NCBI RefSeq assembly: GCF_006345805.1
Contig: NC_043002.1
Location: forward strand, 60,760,001 to 60,824,000
Reading direction: 5' to 3'
Origin: Octopus sinensis
Taxonomy: Eukaryota
Length of the DNA stretch: 64,000 bases
Shown here: positions 50,259 through 63,965 of the stretch, piece after piece
How positions within the stretch are numbered: position 1 is the stretch's first letter
Layout: each line of letters begins with the position of its first letter
Translations under genes and position numbers: made by a program
The notes under the pieces: model-generated
Told to the model about the DNA's origin: nothing
Seen by the model: the letters and a program-made list of their open reading frames with translations, nothing else
The model's database searches: none

Positions 50259-53200
50259 ATGTATGCATGTATGTATGTATGTAGGTATATACACATACAT
50301 ATGGAATGTACATCTTTGGAGATATACAAGGTAATTACTGATTAATATTAAATTCTTGTCTTGGCAACTAACCACTAAATAACAAGACAGATAGAGAGTC
50401 GATTAATTGAACAAAATTACTCATTGCCAAATGTTAGAGCGGTCACATACGAACACAGACCAGAAACAAACAAGGGAAAAGCGTGAGTCAAAGCAGAGCA
50501 ATTTTCATCCACCTACTCATACATTTTAATCATTAATTAGTATCAGGAACATAGAAGCTCATTTCACTTTAACAATTCAGTCATACGACTGCTGTTCACA
50601 TTTAAATGGCTGCACTGACATTCTTTCAAGGCGGTTTTAGATGAACATACTCCCTTTGAACCTGAGTGATTAGTGAGCCTATGATATTTAAGGACGATGT
50701 AGCGCAATCAGTACAGGAAAAAAAATAGTCTCTCGTTGGTAAGATCTAAAACTGATGAATATTTAATTTTATGGTAAATGCAGTGTACTCCCTTCACTTC
50801 ATATTCCTCTCTATCGATAATCATACGTCTTTCTGTAACTATACACAAATACATAATATATGTGGGAATTACATGCACACACACATACACACGCACACAA
50901 CATATCAATGAATACGTGGATTAGTACATTTGAATAATTTCTTTATCGTTAGAGTCAATTGCAACGTAATTGATTCAAATTTGCCCGACATGTGTTTCTG
51001 CTGGATAGACATCTAGTGATTGCATTTACATACTGTTACTTTCAACTAGTGATTATTCCATGTGCCTTTATTCAAGGTCCAACCATTGAAGTGAACCGAA
51101 GCTTCAAGGAATGGAGATTGACAACTGGTTTACCAGAAACGTGCATCGGGTATATTTGAATAAAATATGCTGTAATTTACTCTAAATAATAATAAAAAAA
51201 TTAAGTAAATGTACTAGTCTCCGTATTCATTCTTGCCGTATTGGATATACACTCAGTTAAATATTCATCATCCATAGAAATGAAATGGGGGTTTACTCAT
51301 CGGATGAGATAGAGAGTGGTTGCCTACCTCAGGTAATTCTAGGCACTGATTTTAATGCTAAGCCGTTAGCCTGAACTGGGATAATAAAAATAAATGCTTC
51401 AATACTACACACCTGGATATTTTATCCCAATTTAGCTATCTATCTCTCTATCTGTCTCTCTCTTTATCTATCTATCTTGTTTATGTATGTATGTATATAC
51501 ATACATGGAACCAATACCTAAAAAAGAATGTCTTGTATTATTTGTCCCCTTCTCACTTATGTACATTAATGGCTTTGCATTGGTGAATGCATCATTAACT
51601 AAATCGCTTGAGAGCTTTGGCCTAACATGGCCACTCTGACGTGATTGTTGCTATCAAAAAATATATAGAGAAAAAAACTTACTTTCATTTATGAATATAT
51701 TTTCTGTAATCTGTTGTGTCTGGGGAGAGTCATTTTCTTTTTGTGCATTATAATTTAACACACTCACCGGTAAAATTTCCACTTATTCCTTATTTTTATT
51801 TTTCTAAAATTTTCCTTGTGTCTTGCAACATTTTCAATAGTCTTGACTCTCCAGAGAAATGACATAGCGATTTCTGTAATATAATATTTAAAATATCAAC
51901 AATCTTACGTCCTACGATTGTTCATTTATTATGTCGAAGCTGGTGCTATATAGGAACTTTCGAAAAGGAAATATAATTCTAAACCTAATCCAAAGACATT
52001 TTCACGTTATTAAGAATAAAAAGAAACTGGTATTCCGCCCGTGACGACGAGTGTTGGTTCGATCAACGGAAGAGTCTGTTCATGAAATTAACATGAATGT
52101 GACTGATCACGCAACAAACCCGTATGACCTTAACGTAGTCATCAGTAAAATTCAGCAGGACAGAATATGACATGGCTGGCTCTTTGAATTATAGGTACAA
52201 CACATTTGTTTAGCTGAGTCGATTTGAAGCAATATTAAATAAAGTGACTTGCTCAAGGACATCTGTTGCACGACCTTATGACCGTGAGCCGAATGCTCCT
52301 ACTACTAATCCGGGCGCCTTCACAAAATTATGGAGAATAAACAGAAAACATATAGCTATTGCGTTGCGTGCTATGGTCGCAGGATTTTGTAAGGGAGATA
52401 AACACTTCTAGATAAGTTTCGGTAGGATGAGACGTTTGAATTTTAAACAGAAGACCAAGGAAGAAGAGACATTGAATATGCATAGTTATCATTTCCTTAT
52501 TGAATACAAAAGATCTTCAAATTTCCAACTGCTTCAAATTTATACGTTATATTTAGTTATACAAATCAAAACGAAATTTCTATTTATACAACAATATATA
52601 CACAAATGAAGAAATAAAGCAAAACTAACTCTGTTGTACGTAGCATAGAAAAGAATTTTTTTCTAAAAAAATACTTATATATAAATCTAAATTCCACGTG
52701 CCTGAAGAAAGAAAATATTAGATATTTAGAGTTCATATGTATGATTGCACTAAAAGTGGATTCAACGGAAGTTATGTAAGCGAATCTTTATTCTTTATTC
52801 TTTATTCTGTTATCAACAACGAATGATAAACCAATGCTACAAACTATATGCAATACTTAGAATATGGGATTCTTACATAAGAAATATTGTCCATATACTT
52901 TGGCTCGGAACTGCTGGTAATTTAAACCTGGCTGTGATCTATATTTTATGAACATTGTAACAGCAACATATGCATCAAGATCTGTTAGTTCTGTGATATG
53001 ATTGTTTTTTTAAACTCCCCTAATGATGAGTTCTGTACCGTTTTCCGAATAGATTTACATATACTTGCACATGAAGGCATACGTAGAAGCATATATACAT
53101 TCTTACGTACGTACATAACACACTTACACACGAATAGCATACGTATACACATATATACATAACTGACAGATTCATGCTTACATGAGTAGATGTATAGTTA

Positions 53201-53571
53201 CATAGATACATATGCATACATATGTACTGAATAAGGTACAGTAGGATGCAAACGCAAACAAGAAATTCTCTTTATATGTAAGAGCCATATTGCTTTACTC
53301 TGCTGAACTCTGTCGAATACAAAGATTATATTATGATCATATGGTGTGAAACGAATGAGAGTTGTATTCCAATTTACATCACATTATTATTTACATATTA
53401 AAGATGGATGGCTGAAACAGTTAATCAAGACAAGTTTCTTTTTTTCTCTCCGTTATTTTTGCTCTCTCCATTTGTTTTCGCTCCTCATTCCTTTCTGTTG
53501 AAGGGTGCTTGCTCGAAGCAACATACACTATATATATATATATATATATATATTTACAGATACAGTACAAC

Positions 53572-53607
<36 letters not shown>

Positions 53608-53911
53608 TATATACAGAGAGAGAGAGAAGAATATTCTAGAACCATGATAATAAAAATATACATGATAATAAAAATATACAATTTTGTACAAAATAAGGTT
53701 TTGTTCTTTCACATAATTGAAGTAAGCACCGGTTTCGCATTGCTTCTTATCAAAATGACAGTTGAATGAGATAAATTACTAGGGAAAAAATATTGCTGGG
53801 GGAGATAATTGCTTAGTCATTTAATTTGAAGTAAAAGGGAGGTAAATATGTAATTTCAATAATTTTTTGTTTTTCTGCGTAGGATTCAATATTTATGCGC
53901 ATACGTATATA

Positions 53912-53946
<35 letters not shown>

Positions 53947-54249
53947 ACAGAGCACATAAATGTGAAACAAGGTGGAAAAAAGGGTATTCAAATACCAGAG
54001 GTAGAGTAATATACTTTGTTTCAAAGCAGCAGAAATATAATAAAAGCTGTTACTCGGAGTTTAACAGCTTTTGTTATATTTCATACATACATACATATAT
54101 ATATATATACATACATACACACATATATATATATACATACACAGATAGAGTTCAATATGTATACGCACACGTATATATGTATATATTTGTGAGTGTGCAT
54201 GTGTGCGTGTGCATCTGTATTTATATGTACATATTCTAAAGCATTATTA

Positions 54250-54665
54250 AAAAACTGTAGTTTTCTGGGGTTAAAATTACAATATCATCGTCTCTTTGGA
54301 GAACACCCATGTTAAAATGGCTATAAACAATACTTTTTGGTTCGTATAGTACTTCTAATTCGGACAGAGCTTCTCTAACGGACTACTTTCTTAGCTACAA
54401 AATGAGTAATTGTACGACACTGTATTTTCTATCTATTGCAAGTGAGGTTAATATACTTCCGTGTTCAATAAACGAGTAACCACAACCTAAAAAATCCAAT
54501 AAGATCTAAAGCACGTGGTCTGATGCTCTCAGAGCTAGAATGGCAGAAGTTATCGTCGGTCTGCAATAAATATCGAACGTGAATAGTGCACTGAATAAAC
54601 CAGCTGGAGATGTCTTCCTGAGGTTAAAATTGCAGTATCGTTGTCCCTTAGAAAACACTCACGTT
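54250..54665. mobile_element. Diverged partial tandem (353-bp period) related to 47425-47860 by its conserved motif
   Basis: CTGGGGTTAAAATTACAATATCATCGTC at 54265 and CTGAGGTTAAAATTGCAGTATCGTTGTC at 54618. Confidence 0.6.
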
Positions 54666-54907
54666 AACAGAATTTCATGGAAGCACGCTGTTCCTTCGAT
54701 TTAGCCATCGCAAAAATCGACGAACAGGAGAGATGCTCTAGAAAACAATGTCGCACCACATAGTACTACGACATGCGTCTCCGACGCCAGTTAGCAGACT
54801 GATGCCTGAGCGTCGCATCAAGTAGCCTCTAGCAGCGGAAGTCTGAACTACAACTGACTTGCCCCGCAGATAACGTTGTTTCCAGTTACTTTTGGGTACC
54901 CCCCTTG
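54666..54907 (-). mobile_element. Third mariner family, 5' end fragment
   Basis: TA-CAAGGGGGGTACCCAAAAGTAACTGGAA TIR-like end; ATG at 54708 gives MAKSKEQRASMKFC, matching the mariner EQRxxIKFC N-terminus. Confidence 0.72.
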
Positions 54908-57478
54908 TAAATGTATGTACGTATAGAGGCAGCAAAGAAAATAATGTGCATGAGAGCAAAATGAGGCAAAAGAATAAATTGTGTAGTGTAGGGGAAGAAT
55001 GGGCAGTAAAAGAGTTTAAAGCAAGCTGACTTTGAAAGATTACATATTCTGTTTAACTGCAGTACACTACAGCTTAGAACTTAAACATGTCTATTGTGAA
55101 ATTTATAATTCTTCCTATCCTTTGTTAAAGACTATTATATACATGCCAACTAAAACGATGATGTGTATGAAATTGAATTCTCCAAACGTATTTTCCGCTT
55201 AGTCATACATTTTCAATATTATCAGGTTTTCATTCAATTCTGTTTTTTGCTCATTTTTTCTCTCTTTTTATATTTCTAATGTTTACTTGGCATTTGGTTT
55301 CAGACAATACGTGTGAAAATAACTAAGATATTTTAGGATACGTGAAAAGCGGCCATATTTATTTGATTTTCTTTATATTCATTCTTCTAATCGTATTTAT
55401 CATTTATTTCATTGGTAATTAAAATTTGCGTCTGAAGTATTATCTTCTTTTAATATAAAATACAGTGACAGAACTCCTTTCTCTCCTCCAGAATATCTAA
55501 CTATGAAACTAAACGAATGCAATGAACGAAAATAATATAAAAAGACAATCTGAATGTATTGTATAAATAATTGTTTGTGTTAGAATAATTGTTTTCTTAT
55601 ATAACATTCCTTTATGTTTTTATCGTTTATGTCACTTCACGTTAATTTACTGCAGAACGAAAGAAAATAATGTAAAGCCGCCATCAAAGTTGATGTCCTT
55701 AAAGCAGATATAAAATGAAAACTGTGGTACTCAATTCTTTACCTTACTCAGAATAACAACCATTGTTTATTTTCGAGAGGTGAACAAGGTTAATTTGTTG
55801 GTAACCTATATTATAAATAAAACAATTCACAACAATTACGGAATTCAAGACACAGTATTATTCAATGTTATTCGCTTTGGGGACTAAATGTATAAAGCCA
55901 CATTTAGGTGAAACTTTTGGTACATTACATCTATCAATTTTGAAAAGGCTGTTTGTTAAATTCATGAACGCTGTGTCGAAATCAGTGTAAATCAGTACAA
56001 TGAACCATTACCGCCCACTGTTGAAAACACTCAAAGAAATGAATGTTTAAGTTCACGTAAATCTATGCACATTTCAAAGATTAGCTTTTATTAACGGGTA
56101 GGTTGAAGCAAAAGAAAATCATTGAAATGCTTTCTGCACAAAGGAATTTGCAGCCATTCATAATAAAGTTAAGGAGCCGGGGAAGATATTTACTCGTTAA
56201 CAGGACCTTCAAAATTGTTGCTGGCAGAATTGTTGGCATATCTCAGAAAATATTTAGCGGCGTTTGTTTTGACTCTTTACGTTCTGAGTTCAAATTGCGC
56301 CGATGTTAGTTTTGCCTTTCTTCCCTACAGGATCAATAAAATAAAATACAATTCAAGTAACGGGGTTGATATAATCAATATGCTCGATTCCCTCAGAAAT
56401 TGCAGGCTTTCAGACCTGAAACGGACTAACTAACTTACCATTCAAGGAAAACGTTAAGATCTCCATCACTTGTAGAACATGAAAACTTGGTAACCAGTCG
56501 TATTAGTCCATAGGTGACAGTGGAAAAAAGTTGTCCAATGTGGCGCGCAGTGGAAATGAACACGCAAGTATATGGTTGCAAAGCAAGCTTCTTAACCACA
56601 CACACACACACACACACACAATGGGTTTGTTGGGATGGCCAGGGATTTTGGGCGAAAGTGTACATGGAGCAAATTACGTTAAGAAGCTGCATTCTTAGAT
56701 ATTATGGATCCAACAATAAATGCTATTTTCTTTCCTATTTTTATTATTTCAAACCGTTATGCATTATCTAAATTCAAGGGAATTAATTATATTGAAAAGT
56801 ATATTTGTTAGCAAGTATGTGACATTTAAAGCTTTAAAATGTGTAAACAATAAATGTTTTAATTATACTGTTATATGATACGTACATAGTAATTATAAAC
56901 TGAATAAGGCAGGTAATTATATAGAAAGATGATTGCATGTATATAGAAATGTATCAGTGTCAGCGTTAGGTCACCTGGTTGATTACATTTAGCCGAACAT
57001 ACAAGAATATTATTCCAAAAGTGAGAGCACATTTCTTGGAACGAAACGGAAGAGATCTGTGTTGTATATTTATTGCTATTTTAGGGTTCAGCCATCCAGC
57101 TTTTTATAACCTCAAGCAATGTTTCTAGAACATTCGGAAATACAGAATTTCCTTGAAGTCTACCACCCTCACTAGTTACAACCTTTATGTAGATGTTTAT
57201 AGCTTTTTATGGCGACGTAATAACATTTACTGCTCTGGTCATGTTTTATGGAAATATAATCAGGCATTGGTCCAAAGTTGGAAACGTGAGCAAGGTGGCT
57301 CAAATCCTGCCCGAGCCTTGCTAAAGGTTGCACAGAAACGAAATCGACAACAGTGATCTCTGTAGTGGTACGTAGACACAAAACGTGTTTAAGTTATTGG
57401 CCATCGTAAAAGACAAGGAATACTAATATATATGAAGAATGTGGAGGTAGTATGGTGTTACTATAATTTATTAATAGA

Positions 57479-58601
57479 AAGGCGGCGAGATGACAGAATC
57501 GTTAGCACGCCGGGTGAAATGCTCAGCGGTATTTCGTCTGCCGTTACCTTCTGAGTTCAAATTCCACCAAGGTCGACGTTGCCTTTCATCCTTTCGGGGT
57601 CGATTAAATAAGTACGAGTTACGCACTTGGGTCCATGTAATCGCCTTAATCCCAGATTCCTAGCGCTTTTGAACCGGTGTAATATTTCTATCGTTATAAT
57701 TCATAATTTGTTTTTAACGTAAACATTATGCCAACATTTTTGACACAACAGCACGACAGAGCCCGATTTTTACAAGAACTTACTTTATGGAAACTATAAT
57801 TATACTGTCAATGACAACCACGAAAAAAGCGTTTGAATGCAGAATACAATCATGATATAATTTAACACAGACAAGTTTGTCTAGTGCTAAATGTTCCTGG
57901 TTTTGTAGGCATTAAAGAGATATTATTCTTTAGTGAAGTAAGGTGGCAAGCTGGCAGAAATGTTAGCAAGCCGGGCAAAATGTGTAGCCGTATTTCGTCT
58001 GCCCTTTCGTTCTGAGTTTAAATTCCGCCGAGGTCGACCTTGCCTTTCATCCTTTCGGGGTCGATAAATTAAATACTAGTTACGCACTGGGGTCGATGTA
58101 ATCGACTTAATCCGTTTGTCTGTCCATGTTTGTCCCTTCTGGGCAGGAAAGAAATAGTTATTTCGTCTACCGCTACGTTCTGAGTTCAAAATCTGCCCAG
58201 GTCGACTTTGCCTTTCGGAGTCGATAAATTATGTACCAGTTGAATACTGGGGTCGATCTAATCGATTGGCAACTCGACCTCGACGGAATTTGAACTCAGA
58301 ACGTAACGGCACACGAAATACCGCTAAGCATTACGCCCGTGGTGCTAACGTTTCTGCCAGCTCGCCGCCTTTTAATGAATTATATTATTTTGTACTCTCG
58401 GCGAGGGCCCGAAATTTTTTGGGAGGAGGCCAGGCGATTAGATCAACTCCAGTAGCCAAATGGTACGTAATTTATCGACTTCGATAGGGTTGAAAGGCAA
58501 AGTCGATCTCGGGGGAATTTGAACTCAGAACGTAATGACAGACAAAATACAGCTAAGTATTTCGCCCGGCGCGCTAACGTTTCTGCCCGCTCACCGCCTT
58601 G
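57479..58601. mobile_element. SINE family B cluster with opposed copies
   Basis: Plus-strand copies at 57479-57650 and 57940-58265; minus-strand copies at 58272-58372 and 58385-58601. Confidence 0.85.
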
Positions 58602-60325
58602 TCGTTCATAGTTATTGAAGATGAAAATTAGTCGAGGGAATTTAAGCAGCTGCATATCATCTATGTGCGTTATTCTACACAAGAATTTAAGATTGATACT
58701 TTTTGTCGAACACGATAATACAAACATGTTATGTAGGTAAAGGTAAAAGAAAGCCAGTGACCAATTCACTGAGCAGAGTGAGATAGTTCCCACGGATAGT
58801 TGAGTGACTTTGATCTGAGCTTAAATTCACCAACTGGTTTTAACAGTGAGCATAAGTTTCCCAAACTTTCTATCAAAATGCTTAATGGAAAAAACTCGCA
58901 TACTTTCTTTGAAATTCACCACATCAATTATAACGGCCAGTGCTGATGGGTAGAGTAACATTCACGTAGATATTAGTGCCATATATAGCAATATATTACC
59001 GTCTTATGGCAGTTCGGTCGGCTACAGCCGATAGAAAGAGTGTCTGAGTGTGATGGTTCAAAACTCAACAGGAGACTTACTTCAATTTCAGAAACTCTAA
59101 ACACACTTTGAAGACCAACTTTCATGTTGTCTATGAAGAATACTAAAATGCGTATTTCTATTGTTTAGAGTGAGGGTGAATATAACACATGAAATTCTGC
59201 ATTTGTTGCTGGAAGTTAAAGAACAAAGAAGCGTTGCTAAAAGCAGAATATCACGGAAAGAATGCAGAAGAGAATTATGATATTAAGAAATTGTTTTAAT
59301 TTATTTAATTCAAAAATAATTCATCCTGTGGCTGAAGTTCATTAATATGACGGCGGGTGGGGAAAAGGGTGGAAAATAGTCCATTAGAATGACCGTTCTT
59401 CTCAGAGAAAATTATAGTCTTTAGGAAAACTTTGTAAAGTTTTGATTGATTACAAATTGTCAATGAATGCTAAGGACCATAGCGTGATCTCATAAATTAA
59501 GCGAGAGTAGGAGATAGTGTAGTCGAGAGCCATCGAACAAGAATTAGGCACATAGTAACGAAATGGGACGAAATGACATTAGATTTGCTTAATTTAATGC
59601 TTAAGTGATTAATGTGGGGAGTCCAAAGTAAACAATCAACTATGTATAAATCAAGATAATTGGAGAATTGGATTAAAACAGAGTTACTTGTTGTTTAATT
59701 TAACAGAGATAACTTTTATGAATTGGCTTTTTATTCTCTGAACTGACTTTCGCTATTTTTAATTTCTTGGATTGACTAATAGTTTGTTTGGTTTTTTTTT
59801 CCTAATTAGCCTCAAGTTAGTTTATTTAAGATTATAATTTAATACTGTCAAGTATTTTTAACTTTCAATTGTTTATATATTTATATTTGTAAAATAGCTC
59901 TTTTGATATTTTAAGTAAACAGTATGCGGTACTTGCTGCACACGAAACTTTAGCGACATTTAGTAGGACGTGGAGATTATGTTGTATCCGTGTACGTAAG
60001 GGTTGGTGTTTTGTATATATATTGAGGGGTCACACTATTTCTTGTATTGCAAACATAAGCTTATATCAGTCACTCTATCTTTCTATATATCTCTCTATCT
60101 ATCTATCTGTCTCCCTTTCTATCTTTCTATCTTTCTATCTGTCTATCTATCTACGTGTCTATCTATCTAGCTGTCTGTCTGTCTATCTATCTGTCTATCT
60201 ATCTATCTATTTATCTATCTATCTATCTGTCTGTCTGTCTACTTGTCTGTCTGTCTATCTATTTATCTATCTACCTGTCTGTCTGTCTGTCTGTCTATCT
60301 AACTATCTATCTACCTACCTGTCTG

Positions 60326-60408
<83 letters not shown>

Positions 60409-60415
60409 GTCTATA

Positions 60416-60448
<33 letters not shown>

Positions 60449-60684
60449 ATCAGTGTTTTTCATACGACGTCAATATGGACCTTGGGGTCAATATGAGATT
60501 TTATTGGTGAAATTTATGCTGAATAAATTAGCTATATTTCTGCAAGATGCAAACTATTTTAATTATTTTATACAATTCTTAATATTTAATTGTACATATA
60601 CAATATGATCTTTACATATATATATACATGGAACGTTTATGGAGGTCCAGAGGATTAAATAGGAAAGAAAAAGTGCTGACAATG

Positions 60685-60749
<65 letters not shown>

Positions 60750-60819
60750 TGTATGTATGTATGTATGTATGCATGTATGTATGTATGTATGTTTGTGTGC
60801 ATGTATGTATGTATGTATG

Positions 60820-61035
60820 TATATGTTTGTGTGTCTGTGTTTGTACCCTCACCATTGGTTGACAACTGATGTTGGTGTGTTTACGACCACCGTCACGTAG
60901 CGGTTCGGCAAAAGAGACCAATAGGATAAGTACTTGGCTTACAAGGAATAAGCCCTGAGGTCGATTTGTTCGACTAAATGCGTTGCTCCAGCATGGCCGT
61001 AGTCATTTAGCTGAAACAAATGAATAAAAGAATAA
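60820..61035 (+). mobile_element. SINE family A 3' half
   Basis: TTGACAACTGATGTTGGTGTGTTTACG..CGGTTCGGCAAAAGAGACC..GAATAAAAGAAT. Confidence 0.8.
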
Positions 61036-61078
61036 TATATATACATACATATATATATATATACATTCATACAGAATC

Positions 61079-61136
61079 AGTTCTGCTGATGATCATAAGA
61101 CGTAAGTTGAATGTGAAATCACGGTGATACAGAACT
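61079..61136 (+). ncRNA. Type I hammerhead ribozyme
   Basis: agttctg-CTGATGA-t-cat-aa-gac(gtaa)gtt-ga-atg-t-GAAA-tcacggtga-TA-cagaact. Predicted cleavage after A61129. Confidence 0.88.
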
Positions 61137-61558
61137 AAATTCATTTTTTAAATGTCTTGCTTTGAAAAACTGCATTTGGGTATGATTAGTATAATTTTGG
61201 TAGTAATGACTTTGTTCCTCTTAGTGTGAGGCATTTATGTGTAATAATGCCCTCTATACAATATAGATATAATTAATTTGTTCAAAAGAAAAAAATTATT
61301 TTCGAATTCTTTTCTTTTATGAGGTTTTCACGCTAGCTGCCCGATAATTTCTTGTTAAGATCCCTTATTAAGAGATTATCCTTAATTGTTAAACTTATTC
61401 CGAAATACTTTTCATTACCCGACATGCAGTTCGTAAAAAGCCCACCATTTACCGGATATATGATTTATAAACATTCCATGTGCTTGGCCGGAGTGAGCAG
61501 TTGTCTGTTCGTCTTCGCTACGTAAGGTTGGTAGTTTATTTATGATGTGTTCAGAATC

Positions 61559-61616
61559 AGTTCTGCTGATGATCATAAGACGTAAGTTGAATGTGAAATC
61601 ACGGTGATACAGAACT
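61559..61616 (+). ncRNA. Type I hammerhead ribozyme (second copy)
   Basis: Identical to 61079-61136. Predicted cleavage after A61609. Confidence 0.88.
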
Positions 61617-61876
61617 AAATTCATTTTTTAAATGTCTTGCTTTGAAAAACTGCATTTGGGTATGATTAGTATAATTTTGGTAGTAATGACTTTGTCCCTC
61701 TTAGTGTGAGGCATTTATGCGTAATAATGCCCTCTATACAATATAGATATAATTAATTTGTTCAAAAGAAAAAATTATTTTCGAATTCTTTTCTTTTATG
61801 AGGTTTTCACGCTAGCTGCCCGATAATTTCTTGTTAAGATCCCTTATTAAGAGATTATCCTTAATTGTTATACATT

Positions 61877-61970
<94 letters not shown>

Positions 61971-63529
61971 TATGTATGCGTATATTTAATTATGTTTCTA
62001 TGATTCGCATACTCGGTGTATCGTTAACTCATTTCGAACAAAGATTGAAATGGTCTGATCTGGAGCACTTTTCTATACACGAAACTATTTGAAAATGTAA
62101 ATATGCGTTAAATTTTACTTGCAAAAATCAAAAAATATATTTAGCTGTCATCAACTATTCTTGCGGTGCCTGACAAACCACAAAACGTAGAATATTTACA
62201 ATGAATTATATATAGTCAAGGAAAAGACTATATCGTATGAGATTTGTCTAAATACTTGCTACTAATTTGCTAATAGGTAGGAATAAAAATGACAACTGAA
62301 TAATACAATAAATTATACACGAAATTATATTGATGCCAAATGGGTTTTATATCAAATGATTGAAATCGCAATGGATTCATCGCTTTATTGACTTGATTTA
62401 TATCGTAACGATTTAGCAGAGTGTAAGAAGATATGATAAATGTCAAGAAATATGTGTTTCTAGAACTTTCATCTCCCTCCAGGTTTGACTTTCACTTTCT
62501 AATAATTATAGGTTCATAATACGTATAAACTTTCGCTCATTCAAATCTATTTCCCATCTGATTAAATGTCTCGGCATCAATCAATCTTGTACTTTCATAG
62601 AATTGGCTCTCTTTCAATCTCTCTTGATCCTGAAACATAATCTCTGATATATTTTGACAGTACAGCTATTTACTATTCAAAATATAAATGTATACCTATT
62701 TCTGGAAGTAGTAGATATTTAAGTATCTCTCACTCTCTCTATCTTTAATTACCCATAATATATGTGAGCGTGTGCATGAGTGTTTGATTTGTGTGTGTGT
62801 GGTTTGTGTATGTGTATGTATGTATATATTATAGTCGTTATACTAAATTATATTCATTATTACAGGAGACTCGCTTTCATCATGTAGAGATTTACATTGG
62901 CTGTGGTTGCCTGGTTCTTTATTTGGTCTTTTCGTAGGCTTCTAATTTTTCTTTGGGGTAGGTATGGACTATGTAAATGGTAAGTGGCGATTATGTAGGT
63001 AGATAGGGAAGCAGTTATCCTGTAAGGAGAATAGTCAAGGATAAAACAAACGTATTTCTAGGTTGTGAGTTAATTTAAATATATGGTGAGGAGATTTGCT
63101 TTGGTTTGATGGTGGAATTTCCATAAGGTTTAGGATTCTGTCAGGTGTGGAACTAAAGGTGTAATGTAATGTGTCAAATTCAGGTCACGACAGTTTTTGA
63201 ATATGTGATTGGATTTTGTTGTGGTTAAGGGTCACCAAAAAATGTTTGTCGATAATACAGTTAATAAAAAGTACGGGTCACATTGAGGTACAATTTGGTC
63301 TGGGTGTCATTAGCTTTCTCTTCAGAAATATTGAATAAGGTTTTAGCGGGGAGTTTGGATCCAGAAGACTATCTTACTATACGTATTTATGAAGATTCTG
63401 TCATCTGTTTCAACATGGTTTTATATATATTAATAATCCATGAATGCAAAGAGTACAAAGTAAATTAAAGTGCGATAATTATAAAAAAGCAAACGCTTCA
63501 AAGTCACAGTGAACACTGAAAATGAATAA

Positions 63530-63783
63530 ATCTTTCTTTTTCTTATATTCTTTAAATTCTTTCAGTCATTTGATTGCGGTCATGATGGAGCACCGCATTT
63601 AGTCGAGCAAATAGACCCCAGAACTTAATCTTTGTCAGCCTAGTACTTATTCTGTCAGTCAGTTCTTGTCGAACCGGTAAGTTACGAGGACGTAAACACA
63701 CCAGCATCAGTTGTTAAGCGATGTTGGGGGAGAAACAGACAACATATACATGCATACATGTACAATATATATATATATATAAC

Positions 63784-63838
<55 letters not shown>

Positions 63839-63927
63839 ATGTACATATATATATGTACATATATAATATTATATATATATATATCTATATATATATATAT
63901 ATATATATAATATAAGATATAATATAT

Positions 63928-63965
<38 letters not shown>

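Larger units (their letters stand above)
61072..61870 (+). mobile_element. Retrozyme-like element: two ~320-bp direct repeats (480-bp period), each with a hammerhead, 13-bp TSD
   Basis: 61072-61391 is nearly identical to 61552-61870. ATACATTCATACA occurs at 61061-61073 and 61870-61882. No credible ORF. Confidence 0.9.

Noticed and set aside
51279-51333. Possible small exon (AG...GTAATT, open frame NEMGVYSSDEIESGCLPQ); similar candidates near 21393-21406 and 23460
   Set aside because: Splice-like signals alone are expected by chance; no recognisable protein or consistent exon chain. RNA-seq would be needed.
53720-53760. Minus-strand GC-AAT-GC-GAAA-CCGG-TG
   Set aside because: The palindromic helix III is suggestive, but the core, cleavage triplet and helix I do not fit.
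62860-63470. Strand-biased complex sequence, possibly an old retroelement (also 1290-1830, 5205-5495, 57080-57400)
   Set aside because: No motif could be read confidently in any frame; it needs a profile search.
588-63915. Dozens of ORFs rich in YI/HT/CV/LSIY repeats
   Set aside because: They are stop-free translations of (TA)n, (CA)n, (CATA)n and (GATA)n microsatellites, not genes.
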